From Octopus sinensis (lineage: Eukaryota): DNA of 64,000 nt. Below, piece after piece: positions 51,350 through 64,000 of the stretch (position 1 is its first letter; every line of letters begins with the position of its first letter). The notes below the pieces were generated by a model. It was not told the origin of the DNA. It did no database searches and saw nothing but the letters and a program-made list of their open reading frames with translations. The position numbers and the translations under genes were made by a program. Location: contig NC_042998.1 in assembly GCF_006345805.1 (NCBI RefSeq), positions 37,324,001 to 37,388,000 on the forward strand, written 5' to 3'.

Positions 51350-52559
51350 ATATAAATTAAGAAATAGAGTTAAACGCAGTTGTTATGCAAATCTTTATAC
51401 TTCCGACATGTGTTTCGAAGAAAACATTGGTATTATTCCTAAGGGAATAGAATGATGTAAAACAATGTAATCATCTCGTCAAGTAAAAACAAAACACATC
51501 AATAAGCCATTTTAACGGAATGGCACTTACGATTGTTTAAATTGCTGTCTTGTTGTCGTGTCAGTACCATTTATAAATTTGGTGACAATGCTGTGCATAT
51601 TCCTGGGGAGTTTTCTTTACTTATGACCAGTTGTGGTAAATTTCATAAAGCTTACCTTTTTTTTTATTTGCATTCTTTTGACGACCAACTCAGTTCAAAG
51701 CTGCATATGTTCGCTTTCAATTCCATTCAGAATACGGAAATGATCTTTAACGAGAGGTGGTTACAGCTGGGCGTGGTAGATAGTGTATAACCCTATTCCT
51801 TGACAAGTAAATATTTCTGAAGACTGAAAAATAACAAATATTTTCTGAATGTATTTAATTATCACTACTATGTATATTACTACAACATCGTTCATGTTAA
51901 TGACTTCTTTTCTCCCAGGATTTAGAAAAGTCGGTTTCATTGACACGATTCTAAATCCAACATTCAACTGTATACAACAGACGTAGGTTTATAAAAATCA
52001 AGTAATACGTTCATTTATTTGGAGTCTGTTCACTGGATATTGTTTGCGACAGACTGTCAAAATATAATTTAGAATATGATGATGTCGAAGAAAAATTTCA
52101 CATACTAATACAAACAAATCACTCAAATTGTACAAATGACAATAGAATGACCTAAATAACCCCAGGCATAACACTAAGGAGAAAACAATGTACAGAGACA
52201 ATAGATATTTAGGTTTGTTATATATGGCTGTGTACAGAGATATTCAAATAATTAGATGAAGTCTAATATTAAACAAGAATATCTTCATAAATATATGCAC
52301 ACACACAAACAAATATACCTGTTTGCATGTTTCGATGTGTGTGTGTATCTATATATGTATGTAATTATCTGTGCATGTATCTATCTAGCTAACTCGCTAT
52401 GTATAAATATATATATGTGTGTGCGTGTGTGCATGTGTGTGTATTTGTGGGTGTATGTATATATGTATGTGCGTATATATATATGTGTCTGTGTGTGTAT
52501 GTATATGCATGTATATATGAAAACATAAATAACATATATAACATATATAACATGAAAAC

Positions 52560-52745
52560 ACAAAGAGAAAACACAACAGCGCGAGGACGTGGAACAAGTA
52601 TAGTGTTATTGGACGCTCAGGAAAGGAAAGAAAGAAAGAGGAGTTAACGCTTCGAGCGGAGCTCTTCGTCAGAATCATAGGAAAAGGAAAGATCCAAAGA
52701 AGGGAAGACGGAGGGAAAAAATCGCCAACGATACACACGCGGTCA
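52560..52745 (-). mobile_element. Probable Penelope-type non-coding fragment with a mutated hammerhead motif at 52641-52677
   Basis: Minus strand TGATT-CTGACGA-A-GAGC(TCC)GCTC-GAAG-C-GTT-AACTC: core and stem II intact, GAAA changed to GAAG, stem I imperfect. Confidence 0.5.
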
Positions 52746-53430
52746 AAAGCAGAAGCGATGATCAAAGCAGTATCGGGGCTGTTGCTAGGGTAACAGAGCT
52801 AAAATATGCAAATTTACTCCACTTGACCTTGAACTCCGGCCGATTCCAGAATATGTTATATCATTCTCGCACAGCGTCGCTAATAATGTGCAGAATGTAG
52901 TCGTTTCACGACGCTACAGAGGACCCATCGATGACCATCCAAAAGAAACTAGGTGTGTGCGCGTGTGTTTGAGTGCACGCGTGAGAAAAAACACAGCAAG
53001 AATGCTCTAAAACCAAACTGAAGAGAAGATTTCAATGGTGGTGGTGGTGGTGGTCGCACTGATTCAACCACCTTTAAAATTCTTGGGAAGTATGTGAGTG
53101 ACCAGCTTCAACTCCATGAACAACTAATTCAATATCAAAGATAACACACGCGTGCACATATATGTGTGTATAAATGCGACATCTTTAGCACCAAGGGAAA
53201 ACAATTGTGATTGTGTATAATGAGGAAAAGACTTTAGTATGAATATGTGTGAGCGAATGAAGTTATTTAGAAAATGGAGAATACTTTGAAAACTAGACGG
53301 CTAAATTCTGATATGTAGGGAAATTGGTTAATTACTGAAATTTAAAAGAAACACAAAAGGGTCTTGATTGGTATGGCATGAAGATAACTAACATGAATGT
53401 CTAAATTATTTGGAATTTTGGAGAAGCAAA

Positions 53431-53477
<47 letters not shown>

Positions 53478-54130
53478 CGGGCATTTTGGATTATTTTGAA
53501 TCCAATAAAAAATTTGTGAAATTATATGATTTGCTATTACTTTTATTATTAAATTTATGAAATAGTTTGGTTTAGAAGAGGCAGCAGTAATGACATGTAT
53601 TTATTTTATTAGAAATGGACGGATTCTCTAGAATGGAGAGAAGGACAATGATAAAATAATGAGCTCAACTTGGGAAGAAGCAAAAATTATGCCCAATTAT
53701 ACAATGGTTTACCATAAATTGTAGATATTTTCATATGGTCTCAGTAAATAAATAATACAATGATGAGCATTAGGAAACCCTTTACAATAACCGTGCATTA
53801 ATGCTAAGGCGGTTGACTTTGATCAAGTTTCAAACTCCTTTCGTTAAAATGGCGAGATGAAATTTTGTTGTTCAGTTAAATATTACATAGCTTTTCTTTG
53901 AGCAACATGATGAGAAATATTACTCGATAAGCTGACATGAGTTGTTCTTCTAAACTAAGTTAAATACATTTATGGGAGTTTTTTTTTTAAAATTCTAATG
54001 TCACATCTATTCCTATTCAAATCAACAACTATATTTGAATATTTGAAAGCCATGCGCGTGCGAGTTCTGTATGCGATATATGTGCTGGTGCATGTGTATA
54101 TGTGTGTGCAAAACAGAGAGACAGAGAGAC

Positions 54131-54167
<37 letters not shown>

Positions 54168-55023
54168 TAGACACGAAGAGAGACTGAGAGAGATTGAGTG
54201 AGCGAGAGAGAGAGAGTCAGGACGGAAGTGCAAGAGAGATGCGATTACTGTATTCAGGGAATTCAAGATTTTGATTAAACATTTTGATTAATTTTCTTAT
54301 CAGGCTAATTAATTGAAAATATTCCTCCAACATCTGAAATCTTTTCTCTTCATCTACCTATACGTTCTTGGTACTTCAATATTATTTTGCTTTCAATGTA
54401 AAGATCAACGACATTATTTAATAAAATACCCAAACTTGTCTTCTTCAAAAATAACACTTTATATAGCTAAATTATATGATTATATTATTTGTTTTTTTCG
54501 TTGTAGTTTAATAAATATCATTTTACTATCTGAATGCTATTTATCCTACTGCCGCGGCTTTTATTGCAAATATACCAGGCCTTATTTAATAAATTAATAA
54601 TATTCATATGGTTTCTATGTTATACTATCCAATTTAAATATTTTTTTCATTCTAACTAAATTTCATATACAACAGATAAGCTTCTGTTCTTAAATTTAGT
54701 ACTCTTTTAAATGCCAATGTTTTTGAATGTTCCAATCGTTGATATCACGTACCTACCTCACATATGTTAGGTCTTCACAAATTTAAATCAATTCCAGAAA
54801 CAATGTTTCTTTGGATTCTACTGGCAATTGGAATTTAATTGTCCTATTTCGACTACACGTATCACCTCATATCTAACTCTGTTTGTCGTCCCATCTATTT
54901 TTCTCGCAATCTTTATAATTTTCTTTTAACTATCGGCAAAAATTTCTTTATGATCACTGATTCCAGGAGTTTTAAAGATAAACAAAACTATTTATAAAAA
55001 TCAAATCAAATATTATTATAACC

Positions 55024-55060
<37 letters not shown>

Positions 55061-55147
55061 TTGTATGTGTGTGTGTGTGTGCGTGTGTGTATGTATGCAT
55101 GTATGCATGTACACATCTATATCCGTCTCTCCCTCTATGTCTCTATC

Positions 55148-55189
<42 letters not shown>

Positions 55190-55599
55190 TGTATCCAAAC
55201 AAACTCGCCAGTACGCTTACATATAAGCCAATGGCCTTTCAACAGTCTTTCTTCTGAGTTTCAGGGTAATAGGCAATAATACAACTCGAACTTTGATGCA
55301 CTAACACAATAAAACCTCAATAAGAGGGTGTTATAATTATCTTTATTTTATATATTACGTGATCATCTTTATATCTATTTATGCATATACATTCACGCAT
55401 ACACTCTCACACACGCACACACGTATACATATATGTATCTCTCTATATATGTATGTATATGTATGTATATATATATTTATATATATGTGTAAGTGTGTGT
55501 GCGTGTGCGTGTTTGTGTGAGTGTGTGTGTGTCCTTTTCAGTACAAAGGAAATGAGAAAGTAAAGAATATGCAAACAATAGTTTTATTCCTATGTTGTC

Positions 55600-56075
55600 A
55601 GCTGGAGACGACATTGTGGATTTGGTTGCAAAAGTCGTCCTTTACCTCCTCATAAATGTTCACGGATTGAACGTCACAACTGACAGGGCAGCGCAAGTTT
55701 TGGGATCGAGTTCCAACATTAGTGTCACGATGCGAACAAAAATCTAAGTCGGCGAGCTGGCAGAAACGTTAGCACGCGGGGCGAAATGCGCAGCCGTATT
55801 TCGTCTGCCGTTACATTCTGAGTTCAAATTCCGCCGAGGTCGACTTTGCCTTTCATCCTTTCGGGGTCGATTAAATAAGCACCAGTTACGCACTGGGGTC
55901 GATATAATCGACTTAATCCGTTTGTCTGTCCTTGTTTGTCCTCTCTGTGTTTAGCCCCTTGTGGGAGGTAAAGAAATAGATGCGAACAAAAATACCTTTG
56001 GGTAGAGAAGGGTTCCAGCTATTTCTATCCTCGCGAAGCCAACTCCAGAGTGGCGTGGCTCATTCTCATATATTC
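55600..56075 (-). mobile_element. RTE endonuclease fragment interrupted by a SINE
   Basis: 55994-56070 matches 17095-17175 (CCTTTGGGTAGAGAA...CCAGAGTG.CGTGGCTC; EPRHSGVGF), and 55600-55740 matches 16960-17090. Confidence 0.75.
55744..55978 (+). mobile_element. tRNA-derived SINE family B with perfect 15-bp target-site duplication
   Basis: Head GGCGAGCTGGCAGAAACGTTAGCACG...GAGTTCAAATTCC. GATGCGAACAAAAAT occurs at 55729-55743 and 55979-55993. Confidence 0.9.
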
Positions 56076-56242
56076 TGTGAAAAAAAAGAAGAAAACAATG
56101 TTTTAGAGAAGCAAAGGATCGGCGGGCGTTTTTTGTCTTCTCCCATTAATATCATCCTTTTCATCATTCACCTCATCAATGTCTTTGTTCAACCAGCAAG
56201 CTACTCTGTATCGTGCCTTTATGGCAAAAATTTTAAAATAAA

Positions 56243-56450
56243 GTAGATCGCTTAGCAACCACACAGTCCCGGGTTCAATCCCACTGCGTGGCATCTCCGG
56301 CAACTGTCTTCTACTATAGCCTCGGGCCGACCAAAGCCTTCTGAGCGGATTTGGTAGGCGGAAAATTGAAGAAGCCCGTCGTATATGTATGTATATGTGT
56401 GTATATGTTTGTATGTCTGTGTTTGTCCCCCCCCCCAACATCGCTTGCAT
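56243..56450 (+). mobile_element. SINE family A, 5' half
   Basis: GGGTTCAATCCCACTGCGTGGCA...CTATAGCCTCGGGCCGACCAAAGCC...GGATTTGGTAG...GAAGAAGCCCGTCG. Confidence 0.85.
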
Positions 56451-57001
56451 ATAACAACCCATGGCCTTCTTTCTACTGTTCTACGTAGTCATATCGCCAT
56501 GCATAATGCAGCCGGTGCTCATACTCTATCATGAGTTGTATTCGCAATCTTTCCATTTGTGACTATCACTTATTAGTTTCATTATTACTAGCAAACTACT
56601 CTCCAGCCGCTCGGCATTATGTTAATATTCTACAGTGAAAACAAACGGCGTCTCGTTTGTTTTGGTTTAAACTTTTTCCATTAAATAAATATGTTAATAT
56701 GAGCGTTGTTATTGTACATAATGCATAATTGTCTACAGTGTATTCAGCTAAACACCATGAGCAGTATTCTCATAGCATCTCAACTAGGTTATGTATTCGA
56801 TAGCTTTACTACATCGCATACATGATATATTGTACTTCGACTATATACCGCGTGTACATCTGTGCTTGTTTTCAGAGACGATGAAAGAGAGAGGGAGGAG
56901 AGAAGGAAAGAGAAAGAGAGAAACCGTGAAAGAGAGAACCCGGGGTTTGCGCAGGTGTGATATGATGGTGTATGAACGCATTGGAACTTGTTTATTAATT
57001 A

Positions 57002-57398
57002 CTAGCAGTATCGCCCGGCGTTGCTCGGATTTGTACGGGAAATAACTATATAAGCATTTTTAGAGAGTTATAGCCAAAAAATAGCAAAAAAATGCATTAA
57101 AAATGGAAAAAAAATTATGGTAATTTTTTTTTTAAATCGTTGACTCATCGTAGACATTTTTAAAGAGTTACTTCCCTTATATAATAGCGACAAAAATGCA
57201 TTAAAATGGAAAAAAATGATGGTAATTTTTTTAAAATCGTAGACTCATCGTAGACGCGCGCTAATACCCAGAAGGGTTCGATATGAATCACGACTATAAG
57301 ATACCTAGTTTTGGTTAAACTGCACCGCGAAATGTGGGAGTAGTTAGGAATCTAAATCGTAGGGGACAGACACACAACTTCTCTTTTATATATAAAGA
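57002..57398 (-). mobile_element. Non-autonomous Helitron
   Basis: The minus strand starts TC(TTTATATATAAAAG) and ends CCGAGCAACGCCGGG hairpin + ...CTAG. It is inserted between A and T with no TSD, and has an internal ~65-bp tandem duplication. Confidence 0.8.
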
Positions 57399-60300
57399 TA
57401 ATCGTATATCTTACATATGCAGGACTTAATTTTTTATGAATTCGCAAACCCCACCTGTACGATATCATCGACGTTGTTTTTGCGTCTATAAAACATAAGT
57501 TTCATTTGAAAGACATTTGGACTGAAAAGCATAATAATAATTAGTATTGTTGGTCTGAGTTTTCTTTCCAAATCCGACCGTTCTTACTTCATTCAATTAT
57601 CTTTGCAATTCTCTTGATATTTGTATCACAGAAAGAGGCAACGTAGCTGTTGCTATTACATTCGCCATAGAATATCGTTATAATGCAGAGACTGTGAGGC
57701 TTTGGTGATTATGCTGAGACCAATAATAAAATTATTATCTTACAGAATCAGATTGATGATTGAGAACACGACAGGAAATCATGAACGTTTATCAATTGCC
57801 ATACGAGACAACATTATGAACGTATCGCAGTTACTGCCATGACATATTTTGTTATAGACTGCAGAGTTGAACGTATTCGGGCAAAATATTTGGAATTTAT
57901 TTTGGTCAACTTTTTATACGCGTATAAACAATAAGTAGAAGAGAAGAAACATAAAAAATTGCATCACCTGTATTTTTTAAACGAAATTTTTCTTATAAAG
58001 TCAGCGAAGATGATCAAAATCATTAAAACTTCTCAGTAATTATTGTGGCTCACTTACACTGGATGTTTTCCGAGGTTTACGGTGTAAGGCATGACTTTTC
58101 CAGCTCGAATAATGGCTTTCGTCTCATTACCGAAAATTGACAGTTTTCACCAAAGTGATTAGACATCTGTATATTCAACCATTTTGTCATCCCCTGAAAT
58201 ACGAGTGGTTATCTTATTGTGTCCATATTTTAATGCAGCTGAATCTGTTCTATGAAGAAATTCGGAAACAGAGCAACGCAAACAAACACTGTTATCCTGT
58301 TTATGTACCGAAATATAGATTTCCATAAATATATTATGATTATAAAAATAGTTGGAATACTGTTGTCATTAAATTTTCATTAGTACTCCTTTAATTAAAA
58401 ATCATTCCAGGAATTATCATGAAGTACAATTCTACAAACATTATATTAGTATATATAAAACTTTAAGTAATAACAACGTGGAAGTAATAGCTGTTAATGG
58501 AAATATGATGACTATTTCAATAGTTATGGTTGGCATTTCAAGAAACGAAGACTTCATCACCCTCAGTTATATTAATGTTGCATAGAAATGTATTAGGAGC
58601 ATAATCCGTTTCCTTTTGAAGTAAAATGTGGGACGAAAATTGCCAGATATATAATATTTTTTTTTGTACACCACTAATTTATACCTTATTTCTTTCGGGA
58701 TTAGATAACTGCATAGATCTGCCTTCAATTCTGGCCGGCGACACGTTTCTAATTCTTCCTTTAACCGAAATGCTTTCTTCTCTAATAAATAAGGTCTACC
58801 ATCTCTACTAAACTTGCCACTTTTGAAAAATAGTTTGATTTACACAAAAGAAGAATATAGGAGTCATCAATATTTCAACCACACAATGCATGCTAAACAT
58901 TCTCATGAACGATAGTGAAATCATTGTGTTGTCCTAAGGATTACCTCGCATTTTATTAAAACAAAATTTGTCCTAATAGTACGAAAAACTCTCATTCATT
59001 CACCGAACCATTTTACATTCCAGTTTCCATTGGTTCCAAGTTATAGATTTCTAGCAACTACGAGTACTTGCTACACACTGAATTCTCGATCCTCTTCTCA
59101 GAACTTGAGCGATGGAGAAGAATCTTCTAAACTTTGCTACTAAATGTCGGTGACAGTAGTATCCCAGCCAAACAAAAAGCCCGGTGCTTACAACCACAAC
59201 CCCGCCCCCCCAAAAAAAGGTTCAAGGGAATGGCAGCTGGTAAACAAAATATTTCGTTTCATTTTATTCCTGCAAAAAAAAATATTCTGCTTCTAAAACA
59301 GGCTGCATAAAGTTTGCGATTCAGAAAAGATTTGTGATATTGAAATTCCTTCTGTTAAACAATGCGAGAAATGAAGAAATATGCGTTGACAACTGCGAGA
59401 AGTTGATCCCTTAACCTCCCCCATGTTGCTAGAGTGGCGTGTGATTAATTAGAGTTTTGAGAGGAACTTTGTTTGAAAGTCGTCTCATAAGACTTCTTAT
59501 ATCAGGGAAGTGATTAACACCACAGCATTCTGTATGTCTAATGTTTGCGTAAATATATGTTTAAGAATTTGACTAATTTAGCCTTACCAGAACATTAAGT
59601 GTGGCTGCACTGTCACTAAATCTTTATATACTAAAATATTAATTTATTTTCCCCGAAATTGCTGAAGTCAACATTGTTAAACAGAGATATATTGAAGACT
59701 CATTTCTCAATTGTGAAACCTCCTAAATCTATAAACGCAAACCATTAAAGTAAAGAAATAGAAATATAATATTTCAAGAACCAGAAGGATATATTAAATA
59801 TTTAGATGCTTTGCGCATGAAAATCGGAAGGGGAGCGAGTATCTGTGGAGTCAAGGTAACGTTTTGGTGTGCGGTAAAGTATGCAATTGTGAAGATGTGG
59901 AAAATACAGGCGGAAGTATATCCTTATTTGTTACCTCTGCTTGCTAAACGAAAATTGAATGCTATCTTTTTATGTTATTATAAAATTCATTCCCATTTAA
60001 CTATTTCCTTCTTCATTCATTAAATCTTCATTCATTAAATCATATTTTGATTTATCATCTCCATATCCACTGCCTAGGGATCGGAGAATACCGTTACATA
60101 AATAACTCATATTACATACAAGCGGCAGCATTTATTTTTTACACCCAATATTAATCTGCTGATCGATCTCTCTAATGAAAATATTGTATTACAATTGTTT
60201 TTTACGAGTTGGAAAATACATCTTCCTCTGATAAATCTTCGTTTCGAGAAACTGGAAATATGAAATTTATAAATACGGGGGAGAAGTGTATATCTCATTG

Positions 60301-60808
60301 GGGGTGGGGAGATATGAGGAAACACTGCATTTGTCTATAAGACTTCGCATTTGTTTGTGAATAATGCCTGCTATATTTAATGCAATTGTTCGTTAAAGTT
60401 CGGAATGAAGCTGCACCGTCTCACGAGTATTCTTTTGAATTATTCCAGTCTGTAATTTCAACATTGGATACAATAGACGTAAGAAAGGTAGAAGAGTGCA
60501 ACAGTTTAGCTTAAGTGCTCTATTTGCGGAGATGATGCTTAAGATGAACCGCCTTAAATACCAAGTCGAATATAAAGAACTCTGTAATTAGGAGAAATTT
60601 ATAAAGAGGAGTCACTTCAAGAGAGAGAAGAATCAAAAAGGAAGTGTTTGTTTAAAATGGATATATGCGTATTTGATGGTGTACATCCACGAACGTGTGT
60701 ATACATATATGTAAAAAGAGGGAGACTATCTATCTAACTATCTATCTATCTATCTATCTATTTATATATATATAGATAGATACATACATACATACATACA
60801 GACATACA

Positions 60809-60866
<58 letters not shown>

Positions 60867-62160
60867 GTGTATATATATGTATGTATGTATATTTATTCAT
60901 ATATATATATATATGTATATGTATATTCACATATATATATATATATATGTACTTGTATTTGTGTATGCATTTATGTATTCATGAGAATATGTACGTATAT
61001 ATGTATGTGTGTGTGTGTGTGTGCTAAGAGAGAGATTGAGGATAATAAATAAGCAGGGAAATGGGGCAAAATGGAAAAGGGAAATGCTCAGAGAGATACA
61101 AATTGCCGGCGCAAATATAAATACATACGAATTTGATTGTTTCGTGGAAATATTTCGACCGCCATTGATTGTGTATATATCTAAAATGTATATCTAAATG
61201 GTAAATCCATAATACGCACTTCTTCCTTCCACAGCATCCCAGACATTCTCTTTGATGACCGTGGAAAGGATTTTGAGAAAATTACTCAAATCTAAAGATA
61301 ACATAGAAAACTGAGTGCAATCAGGCATTTCAGTTTAAACTTTAAGAACTGACAATTTGTTTATCGATTATCTCAGAGATTGTTTCGTCCTACAGTGGAC
61401 AATTTCGTAGTATATCATGCAAAACATATTAATCAACACAGAGTATTGACAACTGGGTCTTAAACACGATATCATGGCATTGAGAACACTATGCTCAGTC
61501 TAGTGTCATGGCTACTATCGCCAAATAAAAATTAGCACATAAAATTATTTTAGCTTTCCAATTATATTTCCATCATATTGGATTGAAATTTATTTCCTTC
61601 GAACTCTTACATCTAGCATTGGTTCGCATGCATAGTTCTGAGTGAAACGAAATAAAATTGAAAACCTAATGTAATTCAGCGTCAGATCGATATCATCGAT
61701 ATTTTTTAGAGCGAGACTAACATAAATATTATGTTAGAGAAAACTCGATGTTCTTCGTCAGATATTTTGAACCAATAAACCTTTGTCAAAATAGTGATTC
61801 TATACTCATCTTGTATTGAATCTACAAGCTGCTCCACTTTCCGTGAATAACGAAAGAATTCTGCGTGTGTTACTCCTTTGCTTGGTTGAGCAACGGTTAA
61901 GGATTTCGATGTAAATAACCTCTATATATCGCTACAGTCACTGCACAATACTTTTGGAGAGAATACTAGGTTTGTACTAGAAACACCCGTATTTGGTATG
62001 TCGTGTATAAGGGTTAAATACATATCATGAAAACTTATCAATAGCCCTGCACATACATTTCTGCATTCCAAATAGCAAATCAATCTAGGAATAATATCGT
62101 GTAACATATTTCTACCTACAATATTACTGAAGGAAATTAAAACAAGCAGAATAATCAAAG

Positions 62161-62580
62161 TTGAGAATAGAGAAAAAGTTTAATCAATTATATAGAGCCA
62201 AGGTGCAAGTGGAAGGCTCATCGGAATACAAGACATACACAGGGGCTTCAGAAAATTCATTTAAAACAAGATTTTATTCTCATAAGAATTCTTTTAAATA
62301 CCCAGAGAATAGGAAGAAAACCAGCCTAGCAAAATATGTCTGGGAACTAAAAGAAAAGGAAGCCCCACCTTTCAACGTGACATGGAGCATTCTGGACAGG
62401 GCGGCACCATACAGGCATGGAGCTTACAAATATAATTTCAAGTGCAAGCTTTGCTTATTAGAAAAAATGCACATATTATTCAAAGACTATAATTCTTTGA
62501 ATCAAAGAAGTGAGTTAATGAACTTATGTAGGCACGCGGCTAAATTTAAAATGTCGAATATAAATATACCATATGGATAG
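62161..62580 (+). pseudogene. Penelope-like GIY-YIG endonuclease, 3' ORF fragment
   Basis: LYRAKV...TYTGASENSFKTRFYSHKNSF...TSLAKYVWELK...WSILDRAAPY...CKLCLLEKMHIL...LNQRSELMNLCRH. 5'-truncated, with no upstream RT. Confidence 0.85.
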
Positions 62581-62840
62581 AGTTTAATTTCTATGCATTA
62601 ATTTGTACTGTCTTCATTAACGGCAATAGGTTTTTCCTCGGTTTTTTCCTCGGATTTTATAATTTTTATAATTTTTATAAGTTTTTTTATATATATATAC
62701 ATATATTTTTGACCTTTTTGTTTATCGCTCGAAGATTGACCGTTTTTTCTAAAGGGCCAATCAAACAAGTCCATTTCTTTTTAAAGGTGTAGCGTTTGTA
62801 AGAGTATAGATTGAATTAATATATATGTTCCATTCTAGCA

Positions 62841-62886
62841 AAAACTGTCTGATGAACGGCAACGAGAAACTCAGCGTAACAGATTT
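62841..62886 (+). ncRNA. Type I hammerhead-ribozyme-like motif in the Penelope pseudo-LTR
   Basis: CTGT-CTGATGA-ACG(GCAA)CGA-GAAA-CTCAGCG-TA-ACAG: intact core, GNRA-capped short stem II, GUA triplet, stem I CTGT/ACAG. There are mismatches in stems II and III. Confidence 0.65.
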
Positions 62887-63053
62887 TGTTGAATTTTCTG
62901 CTGCTTAAAATAAAGCATATTACTCTACCACTGGTATTTGAGTACTCTTTTTTCCACCTTGTTTCACATTTATGTGTTTACTCCGGTCTAACCCGCTCCT
63001 TGTAAAAGTTTGAGCGACTCTGCACAAGTAGGAAGAACAAACAGCTGAAAAAG

Positions 63054-64000
63054 ATGGAACTTTACCCGCTGGATTTTTCTCAGAAAAATATACCTATCCC
63101 TGCACGGAAACAATATATCAAAGGCCTTATAGAGAAAACGGAAGAGTTTATTAGAAGACTGAGATGGAAAGCCTTCTTCTTTGATAATAAACAGAAAATA
63201 GAAGGTAACAAATATGGATTTAAATCTCCCAGAAACCCGCCACCGATTCCGGAATTAGAAGCCTTCGAGAAAGACCTTTTCGAGATTATTAGGAAAATTA
63301 AATTCCGCAAATTTACCAACCAATTGCAAAAAAACATGAGAGAAAAAATTAAGGAGATTAACGACTCGAATAAGATCTTCGTTAATTCTGACAAGACAAG
63401 GAACTTATATGCACTTGATAAGGACGTTTATAAACGCCTGATTTCGAATAGTGTCACGGACACATACAAAAAAGACAACACGAATATATACAAAGAGGTG
63501 AACTTAGAAGCAAGAGGAATAGCTAACGATCTTAAGATTAGCGATAGGATTGAATACCTTTCACCACGACCAGCTTGTATTACTCTGAAAGACCATAAAG
63601 ACAATTTTAGTAGAAACCCCAAATGTAGATTGATAAATCCGGCTAAAACTGAGATAGGAATTATTAGCAAAAATATTTTGGACCGTATTTTAGTTAAGTT
63701 AGATAGTGAAGTAGACTTGAGAATTTGGAAGAATAGTAAGTCAGTTATAGAGTGGTTTAAAGGTATTAGCTATAAGAATAATTGTAGTTTCACACAATTC
63801 GACATTATTGACTTTTACCCGTCGATATCTAGGACGTTGCTCCTAAGGGCATTGGACTTCGCCAAGCAGTATGTCAACATCGATAGCTCGGAAATTGAAA
63901 TTATTATGCATGCGAGGAAATCGCTTCTGTTTTTCGAGGATTCCACCTGGATTAAGAAGACTGAGGATTCTCTTTTCGATGTTACCGATGGGGGCATACG
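63054..64000 (+). CDS. Penelope-like element reverse transcriptase ORF (5' part, runs off window)
   Basis: Manual translation is open for 315 codons from ATG 63054: MELYPLDFSQKNIPIP...RRLRWKAFFF...GFKSPRNPP...SDKTRNLY...ITLKDHKDNF..NPKCRLINPAK...FTQFDIIDFYPSIS...FDVT. It is absent from the ORF track because there is no stop in the window. Confidence 0.9.
   Translation, partial: MELYPLDFSQKNIPIPARKQYIKGLIEKTEEFIRRLRWKAFFFDNKQKIEGNKYGFKSPRNPPPIPELEAFEKDLFEIIRKIKFRKFTNQLQKNMREKIKEINDSNKIFVNSDKTRNLYALDKDVYKRLISNSVTDTYKKDNTNIYKEVNLEARGIANDLKISDRIEYLSPRPACITLKDHKDNFSRNPKCRLINPAKTEIGIISKNILDRILVKLDSEVDLRIWKNSKSVIEWFKGISYKNNCSFTQFDIIDFYPSISRTLLLRALDFAKQYVNIDSSEIEIIMHARKSLLFFEDSTWIKKTEDSLFDVTDGGI

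Noticed and set aside
50915-51355. Non-repetitive + strand ORFs (76 and 64 aa)
   Set aside because: No recognisable domain and no convincing splice context.

Overview
AT-rich, microsatellite-dense animal genomic DNA. It is most consistent with an octopus/cephalopod intergenic or intronic region (inference from the mollusc-type 5S sequence and the SINE families present). No host protein-coding gene was recognised, and most ORFs in the supplied track are translations of (AT)n, (CA)n, (ATT)n or (TATC)n repeats. The recognisable content is transposon-derived: two L1/Tx1-type LINE pieces, three RTE pieces, a CR1 3' end, five R4/Dong-type (restriction-like endonuclease) pieces including a ~4.2 kb near-full-length dead copy, a Penelope-like element (GIY-YIG piece, pseudo-LTR and an RT frame open for 315 codons to the window end that the ORF track misses), tRNA-derived SINEs, a non-autonomous Helitron, a Tc1/mariner remnant, MITE-like foldbacks and a solitary 5S rRNA copy. 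The most notable observations are: (i) several different minimal hammerhead-ribozyme-like motifs, including one in a tRNA-headed composite SINE and a pair in an inverted duplication with a perfect 32-bp junction palindrome; (ii) apparent microsatellite targeting, with most R4/Dong pieces in (TAA)n and a Tx1 piece flanked by (ATCT)n; (iii) an in-frame, internally deleted mini-R4 element and a 517-bp unclassified element in (TAA)n; (iv) a possible 5S-SINE-tail chimera. All calls are from manual reading and translation; no database searches were run.
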